The notes beneath the pieces were generated by a model. That model was not told where the DNA came from, did no database searches, and worked only from the letters and a program-made list of their open reading frames with translations. A stretch of 64,000 nucleotides of DNA, taken from contig JAPMXV010000073.1 in assembly GCA_026936335.1 (NCBI GenBank), forward strand, positions 62,001 to 126,000. Reading direction: 5' to 3'. Origin of the DNA: Mantamonas sphyraenae STR306. Taxonomy: Eukaryota; Protista; CRuMs. Positions 45,517 to 56,965 of the stretch are shown here, in pieces. The position numbers and the translations under genes are program-made. How positions within the stretch are numbered: the first letter of the stretch is position 1; each line of letters starts with the position of its first letter.

Positions 45517-45702
45517 CACAAAATGGTTGTGTGTGTGTGTGTGTATGTATGTATGTGTGTGTATGTGTGTGTATGCTATGTCTTTCCCTGTGCCGATGTC
45601 TTTCCAACTTTTTCCCCCCTGCGTTCGCCAAAAAGGTTTGCCACGACGACGACGCCGCGACGTCACATACAAAACAAACACCACCCACGGAGCAGGGAAA
45701 CA

Positions 45703-47874
45703 ATGATTGCATTGCATCGACTGGTGATTGCGTTTGTGCTGACGTACACAGTGTACGGCCTGTCGTGGCGTAGCACGACGGGGGCCGGTGAGATTCTGCT
45801 GCCGGTCATCCTTGTTTTCCAGGCCGCCTTGATTGTCCACAACCTGCTCAACGACACCCTGTTTGCTGCACACACGCGGTTCACACGTGGCTACAAGCAC
45901 CAGCCCTCGCGTCACCTTGCGTCGCACGCACACACGCTGGGAAGCCTGTTTCGTCGTCGTCGCTTGATCAACGGGTCGCGGCCTGCGTTCTGGCAGCCGA
46001 GTGCCAAGGCGACATGGAGCAAAGTGACGTGGGACCAATGGTACGACCAATCGTCGCGTGTGGCCAATGCCATGTTGGGCATGGGTGTGGAGCCTGGCGA
46101 CCGGGTGGCGATTTTGGCGCCCACAAGTGGCACGTGGGCCGTGGTGGACATGGCTGCCCAATTGATGGGCGCCGTGTCCTTTGGCATCTATCAACACCAG
46201 ACCAGTGCACAGATTACACAGCTGTTGGAGCACAGTGGGGCACGGGTGCTGTTTGTGGAGGGTCAGGAGGATTTGGATGCGGTTGTGGCGGCGGTGGCTG
46301 GCAACACGCAGTTGCTTGCGGTGGTGGTCATTCGGGACATGGAACTCAAGGTGGTGCGTGACCGCCTGCGTAACATGCACCCGGCGTTGTATGACTCGAG
46401 TGCGTTGTGGCATATGTTGAGGTCGTACCGTGGGGACATGCTCAGCCATGCCCCGATGGATGAGTATGTGTTGGAAGCCATGATTGAGAGCCAATCGTCC
46501 GACGACGTGGCTCTGTTTGTGTACACCAGTGGCACGACTGGGGAACCCAAGGCGGCGATGTTGACCCATGCCAGCATCCTTCAGTTCCTCACCTGTGCCA
46601 CCCATGTGATTGACACCTACGACGACGATTTGGCATACTCCTTCCTGCCCATGCCTCACGTCGCCGAGCGAGTGCTCTCCTTCTACGGACGCATCAGCAG
46701 CGGGATCACCACGGTGTACGCCTCCTCCACAGCCCATCTCCTGTCCGAACTCACCATCGTGCGACCCACCCTGTTTGGCTCCGTGCCACGGGTGTTGGAA
46801 AAGGCATACAACATGATGCACCTGAAGATCCAGGCGCGCGGACGGATCATTGCGGCGGCCTTCCAGTGGGCCGAATCCGTGGGGCGACGCTATGTGCAAA
46901 CACAGCAACGGCACGAGATGCCCTCGTTGTGGCTGGCCATCCAATACCTGTTGGCCAACCAGCTTGTGTTTCGTCAGCTTCGCAATGCGTTTGGCGGACG
47001 AGTGCGACGATACATTGTCGGGGCGGCGCCGACGGCCAAGGAGATGGTGGAGTTGTTTGTGGCAGCAGGCATCCCTGTGTACGAGGTGTATGGTATGACG
47101 GAAACATGTTCGGCCACACATGCCAACACGCCTGCGTTCACACGCATTGGCAGCGTGGGACGAGCGATCCCGGGCATCGAAACCAAGATTGAAACCGATG
47201 GGGAGATCTGCGTGCGCGGCGGCCAGTTGTTCCGCGGGTACTTTCGCAACGAAGAGGCCACACGGGCCACGTTGGACGACGACGGATGGTTGCACACGGG
47301 TGATTTGGGACGCATGGATGCCGATGGGGCGTTGACCATTCTCGGTCGACGCAAGGACGTGGTGATTCCCAGCACAGGCAAGAATGTGAATCCCAACGTC
47401 ATCGAACAGGCGGTCAAGGTGGCATGCCCACTTGTGTCCCATGTCGTTGTGTGTGGTGACGCACGACCGTTCCTCAGTGCCATTGTTGCCCCATCGCCCA
47501 TGGAGACCCTGGACTATGGTGTGGAGCATGGTGTGTTGTTGGACAGCAAACAGGTGGCCGTGCTGCAGAAGGAGCTGTTGCACAACGTCACCCTTCGTTC
47601 GCCCGCCCTCGACGATGCCATGGCCAATGTGGTGCAAACGCCGGGCTTCCGTGCCACCCTGCGTGACGCCGTCGCCCAGGCAAACCTCACCCTGGCCAAA
47701 CACGAACGTTTGGGTCGCATCCTCCTCCTGCCTCGTGACCTGTCCTTGGAACGGGGCGAAATGACTGCCACCATGAAGGTCAAACGCAACGTCGTCACAC
47801 AGGCCTTCCTCGACGACCTCGACGATCTCTACCACGGCCACGGCGACATGCTCATTGTGGTGGAAGACAAGTGA
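45703..47874 (+). CDS. Long-chain acyl-CoA synthetase (AMP-binding) with N-terminal membrane anchor
   Basis: YTSGTTGEPK, SFLPMPHVAER, VYGMTET, GWLHTGDLG, GRRKD, GEMTATMKVKR. Confidence 0.93.
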   Translation: MIALHRLVIAFVLTYTVYGLSWRSTTGAGEILLPVILVFQAALIVHNLLNDTLFAAHTRFTRGYKHQPSRHLASHAHTLGSLFRRRRLINGSRPAFWQPSAKATWSKVTWDQWYDQSSRVANAMLGMGVEPGDRVAILAPTSGTWAVVDMAAQLMGAVSFGIYQHQTSAQITQLLEHSGARVLFVEGQEDLDAVVAAVAGNTQLLAVVVIRDMELKVVRDRLRNMHPALYDSSALWHMLRSYRGDMLSHAPMDEYVLEAMIESQSSDDVALFVYTSGTTGEPKAAMLTHASILQFLTCATHVIDTYDDDLAYSFLPMPHVAERVLSFYGRISSGITTVYASSTAHLLSELTIVRPTLFGSVPRVLEKAYNMMHLKIQARGRIIAAAFQWAESVGRRYVQTQQRHEMPSLWLAIQYLLANQLVFRQLRNAFGGRVRRYIVGAAPTAKEMVELFVAAGIPVYEVYGMTETCSATHANTPAFTRIGSVGRAIPGIETKIETDGEICVRGGQLFRGYFRNEEATRATLDDDGWLHTGDLGRMDADGALTILGRRKDVVIPSTGKNVNPNVIEQAVKVACPLVSHVVVCGDARPFLSAIVAPSPMETLDYGVEHGVLLDSKQVAVLQKELLHNVTLRSPALDDAMANVVQTPGFRATLRDAVAQANLTLAKHERLGRILLLPRDLSLERGEMTATMKVKRNVVTQAFLDDLDDLYHGHGDMLIVVEDK

Positions 47875-48064
47875 TGATGAAATGGATGCAACGTACACAC
47901 AAAGTGTGTGTGGGAAAGGGGGGAAGGGGGGGGGGTGGGAATGTTGTGGGCTGAAAGGCTCTGCTTTCCATTTTCTGCTCCCTTCGCGTGCAAATTTTGG
48001 GTTGGGTGGTGTGTTTTTCTTCGTTTTGCGTTGATGGGTGCATGCTGTGCAATGGCTGGGCGGC

Positions 48065-48947
48065 TTAGCGCAGGGGCAGGTACTGGTTGCCAGCGGCACC
48101 GGCACGGCCGTGCTTCACCGGCGTGTAGGTGACGGAGAACTCGCCCAGGTAGTGGCCGGTCATCTCCGGCTTGATCTCCACGGTGCAGAAGCGGTTGCCA
48201 TTGTACACACCCACCACAGAGCCAATCATCTCGGGCACAATGATCATGTTGCGCAGATGACTGTGGGATGGCAATGAAATGCACACACGGGAGGAGGGAG
48301 GGAGGGGCGGGGGCAGACGGGGTTAGTGGTCTGTACGCATGCACGCGGCTACAAACACGCTCCAAACTCACGTCTTGACGGTGGCCGGCTTCTCAAACTC
48401 GGGGCACTCCTTCTTACTGTGGGGTGGGCGACACATGGGAGGCACAGATGTGTGTGTGTGTGGCTGCGTGAGCGTGTGCGCACGGGTTTTGGCGCGGCGG
48501 GCTGGGAGGAAAGGCGGTGCCACGAAAAATGCATGCGCGGCGGCAAACCTACGCCTTCCTCAGCTTCTTGATCAGAGCCATGGGCTTGCGGGTCATGCCA
48601 CGGTAGAATCGACGGCGCGCGCGAGCGTGCAGCAGCTCAATCAGCTGTGGGGTGGGATGTGTGAGCAGAGGGCGTGGTTTTTTGGGGGTGGGGCAATGAT
48701 GCCCGGGGGCGACCTTGGGCCAGGCACACGAGCCTTTGGCGACGTCGCAGGCGTGCGTGGGGGCATGTGGAGACACGGCACACGGGTGTGTGGACGCATG
48801 ACGGTGTGGCAACTCACATCCTTGGACTTGAGCTTGAGCAGGGCATCGAGTTCCACTCCACGGTAGGAGAACTTGCGGAAGGTGCGGCGACGCGGTTGGG
48901 CAGCTTCAGACTGTGGGGGCGAGCGGCAGGCGGGTCAGCAACACGTA

Positions 48948-48985
<38 letters not shown>

Positions 48986-49065
48986 ATGTCCACATGCACA
49001 TATGTGGACACACGTTGTGTCCCAAAAGGGCAATCAACGTGAGGCAAGAGAGCAGAACGAACCAT
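48065..49065 (-). CDS. RPS15: 40S ribosomal protein S15 (uS19), 5 exons
   Basis: ATG|intron; [15 protein letters not shown]; [10 protein letters not shown]; LIKKLRKA|KKE; VKT|[21 protein letters not shown]...GHYLGEFS. Confidence 0.95.
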
Positions 49066-49128
49066 GTTTTTGCTTTGCTTTTTTGGATGGGTTGGCGAGC
49101 GCAGGCGGGGGCAGCCTCCCACAATTGC

Positions 49129-49620
49129 ATGACTTCGACGCCGCTGCAGTTGGACATTGCCATCCAAGGGGAGGTGGTGGAGCGTGTGCGTGTGGAGGTA
49201 GGGGCGGATGCCACGGAGCTGCCGGCCGACAAAGACGATGCTCTGGACATGAACGGCCTGGTGGGCGAGGGCAGCGGCCTGGTGGCCGCCCTGGAGAAGC
49301 TCCACGACGACAGTATGGCCGTGTTTGCCACCCTCATCCAACAACAGGCCGGTGCAGACGGAGACGAGGATGCCATTGACGAGGAACGCTTCATGGAAGT
49401 GACCGAGGACGACCTGGAACAGGGCGAGGAGCAGGCAAACGCAGAGGCCTTTGTGGAAATCGACTCCATGGTGGATTCCTCCTCCGCCAGCAACGCAGGT
49501 GCCTCGGGCGCCGCCTCCGCCTCCACCGCCTCCTCCTCCGATGCAAAGAGGAAGAGTGACGACGAGGACGAAACACAGGGTGCAAGTGACCTCAAACGCG
49601 AGCGTGTGGACGAGGAATGA
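49129..49620 (+). CDS. Small acidic protein, candidate GON7 (KEOPS subunit)
   Basis: Beta-hairpin-like N-terminus, amphipathic helix GLVAALEKLHDDSMAVFATLIQ, acidic tail with KRK. Confidence 0.45.
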   Translation: MTSTPLQLDIAIQGEVVERVRVEVGADATELPADKDDALDMNGLVGEGSGLVAALEKLHDDSMAVFATLIQQQAGADGDEDAIDEERFMEVTEDDLEQGEEQANAEAFVEIDSMVDSSSASNAGASGAASASTASSSDAKRKSDDEDETQGASDLKRERVDEE

Positions 49621-49749
49621 ATGGTCCAGTCCTCCGGCGAGTTTTCTCTGTGTGTGTGTGTGTGTGTGTGTGTGAAAGGGGGAGAACGAAATGGGTGAGG
49701 GGGGTGAGGGGATTGCTTTCTGCATTGTTTGCCAATCCAATCGATGGAA

Positions 49750-51928
49750 TTACCAGCCGTCCGAATCGCTGCCGTCGCTCCACTCGTCGTCGTCGTCGCC
49801 GTCCGAATCCGAGTCGCTCATCTCCACCGCCTGACGGATGCTCATGGTCTTTGCCAGAATGGCTTCCACCGAAATCGCACCGTCGTTGGCCGGCTTCTTG
49901 TCTGCCAGCTGTCGTTCGTCCACACTCTTCAGGCTGATGCCCTGGCGAATGGAGTCGAGCAGATTCGTGCGCGGATCCGGCTCATACACCTTCTTCTCCA
50001 CCGGCGCCGCCTTCTTCAGGTTTGCTCCTGCTCGGATCTGGGACAACAGATCGCCACGTGCGTCCTGCTGCTTGGGTGCCTGCTGCTGCGGTGCTGCCTT
50101 CTTCAACTGCTTCCCTGCACGGATGCTGCTCAGCAGATCCGAACGTCCTCCAGACGCAGGCGGCGGCATCATGCCTCCACCACCGCCGTTGTTGCTGGGC
50201 GGAGGAGGGGGTGGTGCCGTGCCACCGCCGGTGCTCATGACCGGTGGCGGAGGAGGCGGAGGTGCTGTGCCTCCACCTCCACCCATCGCAGGCGGCGGAG
50301 GAGGAGGAGGAGGCGGTGCCGTGCCTCCGCCTCCACCCATGGTGGGTGCAGGCGGAGGAGGAGGCGGTGCCATCGTTGTCGTCTGCTGCTGCTGTTGCTG
50401 TTGAGGAGGGGGTGGCGGCGGTGCCACCACGTTGGTGTTCTGCACCTGTTGCACCTGTTGCACCTGTGTCGTCTGCTCGGGTGCCGGAGGAGGAGGCGCA
50501 TACTCCTCGGGTGCCGGAGGCGGCGGTGCATACTCCTCGGGTGCAGGAGGAGGAGGCGCATACTCGTCCTGCGCTGAAGGCGGCGGTGCATACTGCTGCT
50601 GCTGCTGCTGCTGCTGCACCTGCACCTGCTCAGTCTGCGCAGTGGGCGGCGGAGGAGGCATCTCATCCGTCATCACGGGTGGCAGATCCGAGGTAGGCGG
50701 AGGAGGGGGCATCTCGTCCATGGGCGGCGGAGCGTGCTGTTGCTCCTGAACCACCTGCTGCTGCTGGTGGTGGTGCTGTTGCTGCTCTTGTTGCGAAGGT
50801 GCAGAAGAACGGAACTCGGGCGGGGGTGCAAACATGCCCACACGCACCTTTTGCGGCAGGCGTCGCATACCCTGGGCTTCGGCGTCGGCCAACTTCTGCT
50901 GCAGGGCATCGTACGTCTTGTCCGCATCGGTCTCCTCCGTGCCTCCAAACTCGGAGCCCATGGCAGAGTACTTCTTGACCTTGACCTTGGCCACCTGTCG
51001 CTTCTCCGACTTCTTCTTCTTCTTGCGCTTGCGCTTCTTCTTCTTGTCCTTGATGGCCGACGCCCGTGCGTTCAGCTGCTGCTCCAGCCAGCTCTCAAAG
51101 AAGAAGTCCGGGTTCGAGTACAGCGTCTTTGAGGAGATCGTATTGCCCTCCTCGTCCGCCTCCCGAAACGTGTCCAGCACCTCCAGGCGAGGCAGCGGCA
51201 CAGAATTCGCGTACGACTCCTGCAGCGACTTGGGCAGCGTCGGACGCGACACCTCGTTCGTGCTCAGGCGCACCGCACGGTTCAGCGTCACTCCCGTGTG
51301 GTGGTATGCCGCAGGGTAGTTCTTGGCAATGCGCGGTTCGTCCTGTGTGCGAGTGTGTGTGTGTGTGTGTGTCTTTGTCAGCCTGGCTGCTGTCTCTGGC
51401 AATCGAGAGGGTTTTTTTCCCCGCTTGGGAATCCCCGAGCACAACGTCGGGTCCCCTGGCCTCCGTGAGGAGGTTATGAGGACAAATGCCACCGGCTGTG
51501 CATGGGTGGCATGCGTGCATGTCCCTCCATACGGTACAGGGAGTGTCTATGCGAGTGGCAAAGGCGTACGGGCAGACACAAGGGCGAAGCAAACGCGCGA
51601 GGCGTTTGCGTGACAAAGGAACGTGCGGGGGGGGCTGGGTTTGACATCCTGTGAATGACTGCGTGCTACATACCTTGGCAATGCCCGTGTTGAGGACCTC
51701 GAGACGTTGGTTGATGCTGCTGATGCGACCAGCAGTCTCTGCGCTGAGTTCAAAGATCTCGCCAAAGATGTTGCTGGCAATGTTGCTCAACTCGGCCAGC
51801 TGACCCAGCACGCCGGCCATGGCGGCCACCGAAGATGACTTGAGCACATTCTCCGGCTTCTCGTCGCTGTACAGCTCATGACGAGTGTACGCGTTGGCTC
51901 CTTCGACGGTGTCGAGAAAGAGCGGCAT
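49750..51928 (-). CDS. WAVE/SCAR-family Arp2/3 activator with three WH2 motifs
   Basis: WHD (GVLGQLAELSNIASNIFGEI; intron 51343..51673; PLPRL..LD.FR; YSNPDFFFESW), basic run, poly-Pro, three LL..IR.G..LK motifs, C helix, acidic DDDEW tail. Confidence 0.92.
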
Positions 51929-52156
51929 CGAGGAAGGGTTTTGGTTTGGCAGGCACTCGCGTTGCGGCAGCAGACAATTGTTGAACAAACATGGAACCCT
52001 CACTCGCCCACTCACTCCTCCCCTCGCTCACTTTCCCATTCACTCACTCTTTCACTCACTCACACCTCTCACGCAGCAAGTGGGAAGGAGGTCAGCGGTT
52101 GACCTGCGCACTCTCCGCCACCGCAACGCACACACACGAAACACCGAAATCAAGTG

Positions 52157-54080
52157 ATGTTCAAGTACGTTGCCATTGTGACCCTGCTGTTGGCTCTGTC
52201 CATGTCGGCTGTGGCCGAGGAGGACGATGCCTTCTACACGGAGGATCCCAACGTGGAGGAGCTCAACGACAAGACCTTTGACGAGTGGATCACCAACAAC
52301 AACGGCTTTGTGGAGTTCTACGCCCCGTGTACGTGTGTCACACCTGGTTTTCCCCACCCCCTCCCCTCTCCCCTTCCTTCCCTGATCCTGTTCCGCCGTC
52401 GTTTCCGCCGCCCCTTGCGTTTTCCACCTGCACCAATGCGTCTGGGGCTGACACACGCTTTTCCGGCCTCCATCGTACCATCATCGTACCCACCGTTTCA
52501 GGGTGTGGACACTGCAAGGTACGTGCCGTGTGTCTGCATGCCATCACCCGTGTGCCTCCAGTGCCCTCTGCAAACGCCTCGTCTGCATAGGGCCGTTCCG
52601 TCGATGACGTGGAGGGCCCTCTCAAATTGCGTTGTTTTCCGGCGCCCGCCTTGAAAACACCCATGCTGACACACCATCGACGTGTACATGCCACCGTGGC
52701 ACTGTGTGTCCCTGTCCCTGCACACGTGTTGTGTGCATGCGTGTGTTTGCCTTGTCGTGTGCCCCCCCACAGAGCCTGAAGCCCATCTACAAGGAGGCGG
52801 CCGCCAAGGCGCCGGAGGGTGTGGGTTTTGCCGCGCTGGACGCCAACAAGGGCGAGCACGGCGAGTTTGCGTCCAAGTATGGCGTGCAAGGCTTCCCCAC
52901 CATCAAGTTCTTCCGCAACGGAGTGGCTGTGGACTACGATGGGGACCGCAGCGCGGATGCGTTCCTTGCGTTTGCGGCCAAGATGAACAAGCCGTCGTTC
53001 ACCAAGGTGGACACCGCCCAGGCACTGGCAGACTTTGACGAAACCGAGGGTGTCAAGGTGTATGGCTACTTTGAGGATGCGGACAGCGAGCACGCCAAGG
53101 CATTCACCAAGCTTGCCGACACGCGCTTCACCAAGCAGGCCTTTGCGCTTGTGACGCAGGCGGATCTGGTGAAGGGCAAGGCCAACCAGGTGCGCATTGC
53201 CAAGGAGGGTGAGGACGACGAGGTGTACGACATGGCGGCGGGTGACAAGAACGAACTGGATCTGGAGGCGTGGGCCAAGGCCAACTCGTACCCGGTGGTG
53301 GATGTGCTGGATCAGGCATCGTTTGGCGAGCGTGTGGCCAACTCGGACATCGGCAACTTTATCCTGTTTGTGGACCCCAGCGACGACAACACCGAGGTGA
53401 AGGACACACTGCGTGGCGTGGCCAAGAAGTACAAGGGCAAGACCCAGTTCTTCACCATCGACGGCGTGGAGTACGGCCAGTTTGCCAAGAACCTGGGTCT
53501 GGACAACACCCTGCCTTCCCTGGCTGTGTTGACGCCTGCCTCGCAGAACCACTACCTGTACAAGGGTGAGAAGATCGACACCGAGGGCGTGACCCAGTTT
53601 GTGGAGGACCAGCTGGCAGACAAGCTGGTGCGCACATACAAGAGCGAGGAGGTGCCTGCGGAGCAGACGGGTCCCGTGCGTGTGGTTGTGGGCAAGGCCT
53701 TCAACGAGGAGGTGCTGGACAACGACAAGGACGTGCTGGTCATGTACTACGCCCCGTGGTGTGGTCACTGCCGCAAGCTCAAGCCCATCTACGCCAAGGT
53801 GGCCAAGTACCTGGCTCCCATCGACTCGTTGGTGATTGCCAAGTTTGATGCCGATGCCAACGAGGTCAACCCCAAGTGGGGCAACGTCCAGGGCTTCCCC
53901 ACCCTCCTCCTCTACAAGAAGGGCGAGAAGCAGACTCCCGTCTCCTACGACGGCGCACGCACCTTTAAGGCTCTCGTCAAGTGGCTCAAGAAGAACGTGG
54001 CCACCGAGTTTGAGCTGCCCAAGGTCGAGGGGGCCTCCGCCGCCGCCTCCGACGATGGCAAGAACAAGGACGAGCTTTAA
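52157..54080 (+). CDS. Protein disulfide isomerase (a-b-b'-a'), ER-resident
   Basis: Signal peptide; first WCGHCK formed by a 17-nt micro-exon 52502..52518; second YAPWCGHC; C-terminal KDEL. Confidence 0.95.
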
Positions 54081-54249
54081 AGAGTTTTTGAAGTGGAAGC
54101 AATGGAAATCGGTTGCTGTGTGTGTGAGTGTGTGTGTGTGTGTGTGTTGTTTCTTGCAAATGGGTGGTTTGGGTGGGTTGTTTCGATGTGCAATGTGCAC
54201 ATGTTCACGTGCGCTGCGCTGAACGCCCCAATACACACAGCGCAGCCCC

Positions 54250-56912
54250 ATGGACGTGGAAGACACTGTACAAAGCGACCACGAAGAGGAAGAGGAGGAG
54301 GAGGAGGAGGATCCGCTGGAGTTGGACGATGTGAGCGATCTGCAGGCATCTGTGGACTCGTTGATGATGTCAAGTGCCACGCAACCGTCTGCAGCACCAG
54401 CCACACAGACGCACACAGCACACAGCAATGATGCAAGTGAGGCAGACGATGTGTCACCCAGGAAGCGCAAGCGTGGACCAGATTCACCTCATGCAAAGGC
54501 AGGAGTTGTTGTTGCCGAAGCCGGCAACGGGGATGATGATGAGGATCCCCGCGTTGATCAGCCTGCACAAAACGCATCCGCAGAGCAGGACGAGGAAGAC
54601 GAGGATGCCCTTGCGGCGTTGTATGATTCAGAGTCGGATTATGAGGGCGACGAAGCGGTGGCAGAGGAGGAGGAGGACGGGGTCAAGCGCATTCGCGTGG
54701 TGTCGGCGCCGCTGGAGCCGCTGGCCATGGAACCTGTGCGCGGCTCCAGCAGGCTGGCACAGGTCAAACAGAAGCGCAAGAAGCGCAAGGTGGCCACAGA
54801 AGAGCAGATGCGTGAAATGAGTGGCGACCAGGGTGATCGCGACCGCGTGGCGGAGCTGCGTGCAGAGACAAACGCGCTGGCAGCAGGTGAGCTTTGCGCC
54901 CTGGCACTTTGGCGCGCTTTTTTTGGCGATTCGATGGCTGACATCTCCCTCCACAGACACACAGATGAGCACTGCGGGACTGATGGTGCAGCAGCCTCGT
55001 TCCATGGACCTCAAGAGTGTGTTGAGCAAGCTGAAGAGCAAAGGAGCTGCGCGGCCAACGCTGGGGGGTGGGGTTGCCGCGCACGGGCAAAGTGGATTTG
55101 GCGGGAAACTCCAAGCGGCCGCCACGTCCGACAGGCGCAGCTGGGAGCGACATGAGTGCAGCAGCAGCTCAACGGAGCGTGTGGAAACGACAGATGCAAA
55201 TGGCAGCAAAGGAACACATGTCGCGCAAGCAGAGGGAGGAGGAAGAGCAAAAAAGGCGGGAAGAAGCCGCCAAGCAGGAGCGCAGGGAGCAGGAACGGCT
55301 CAAGGCGGCAGAGGATGTGCGTTTGGAAGAGGAGAAGCTGCAACGGTTGTCGTTGGTCAAGTTTGAGGACGGTGAGGAGGAGGAAGAGGAGGATGACGAG
55401 CCTGAGGAGGTGGATGAAGCGGAGCAAAAGGCGGCGTTGGAGCGAGCAATGGCACAGGCCGACCGGCTGGAGGCGGCAGAGGAGGAGATGGCCAACAGCA
55501 AGAACAAGAACAACACACAGGCGGCAGAGATTACCGGAGTGCGTCCGCTGGCGATTCCGGAGAATTCGATGTTGTTGGAACACAGCAGCAGCAGCAGCAG
55601 CAACTTGGGTGGAAGCGCAACACCCGAGGTGGAGCTGCGTTTCAGCATGAGCATGAGCATGGACATGGACAGCCAGCCTGCAACACAGCCAAGCAGCAGC
55701 TTTGTGGAGGACCAAGCAGAGGAGGGAGAGGATGACGATGACGACGACGGGCAGACGGGCGGCGTCCAATCCAACGGTGATGACGACGAGGGTGAGCATG
55801 CAGACGGACCAATGACAGAGGAGGACATGCGGTTTGTGGCAGGCGATGGCGAAGAGGGAGAAGAGGGAGAAGACACGGATGCGATGGATACGCTGCTGGC
55901 ACAACAGAGACGCGCAGACGAGGATGCAGAGCTGGAACGAGTCATGCAAACGGTGCAGGGGAGTGATCGATTTGGCACGTTGGGTGTGGGCAGCAAGCTG
56001 GGCAGCAACGATCTGTTCCGTCCGGATACGTCGGCCTCGAGTGCATCGACGTCGACGGAAGCCAACACGCAGACACAGGAGGAAGAGCAGGAAGAGGAGG
56101 AGGAGGAGGAAGAGGATGCGTTGGCTCGTTTCCGTCGTGTGTCGGAGGGAGTGGGTCTGTTGGCACGTGCACACAGCCACATGGCACAGCTGATTGGAGA
56201 CGAGGAGGAACAATCGCGACAGGCGACGCTTCGCATGCGCAAAGAGATGGAACAGAAGCGACAGAAGCAGGTGCTTGCACGTGCTCGATCGGCTAGCAAC
56301 CTAGGCAATGCCAACAGCGACAGCATGTCGGGGATGGGTGGTGTGGGTGGAGGCAGCAGCAACGACGGATTCTATGCCATGGATGGCAGTGGAGGAGGCG
56401 CCATGTCACGCAGTGCTTCACTGCTGTCGTTGGCCTTTGATGAGGAGGAGTCGCAGATGTCACGCGAAGTGCAGGCTCGCATGGGACGCCGCAGTGCCAC
56501 ACCCACACAACCGTTTTCGTTGGTGCGATCCATGAGTGCCCACTCGCTGTCACAGGACGAAGAAGGTGGACCCTCGCCCATGATGATGACGATGATGTCA
56601 TCGTCAACGGGCAGCAGCAAACAACAGCATCCGCAGATCAATCCCATTGCGGCTGCGCCTGCGGTGTTGCCTGTGCGACGTGTTGCCAAACGCAACAGTC
56701 TGATTGGCCTTGTGGTGGACCCCACGGTGGCAAAGAGCAAAGACAACAGCAAGCATGGACGCAGCTCGAGCAGCCGGTTTGTGTTTCAGCGTGTGGATTC
56801 GGATCTCAGTTCGCAGGGTGACACCTCGGCACAGGGTGCTGCTCGCGCCTCTGCACCTGCCTCCTCTCCTTCCTTCCTCAGCTCCAACAGTGAGTTTCGA
56901 CAGTCGGTGTGA
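54250..56912 (+). CDS. Acidic disordered protein, possibly Claspin/Mrc1-like
   Basis: Intron 54887..54956 gives AELRAETNALAADTQ...PRSMDLKSVL. Frameshift in the G-run at ~55065; coiled coil; SQ/TQ sites; C-terminal KRNSLI and RFVFQ motifs. Confidence 0.5.
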
Positions 56913-56965
56913 GGGTGATGGGGATCTGTGTGCGCGTCGCAAGACACACGAAACAAAGCATTGCA

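Noticed and set aside
48260-49062. snoRNAs in RPS15 introns
   Set aside because: No convincing C/D box pair or H/ACA structure seen.
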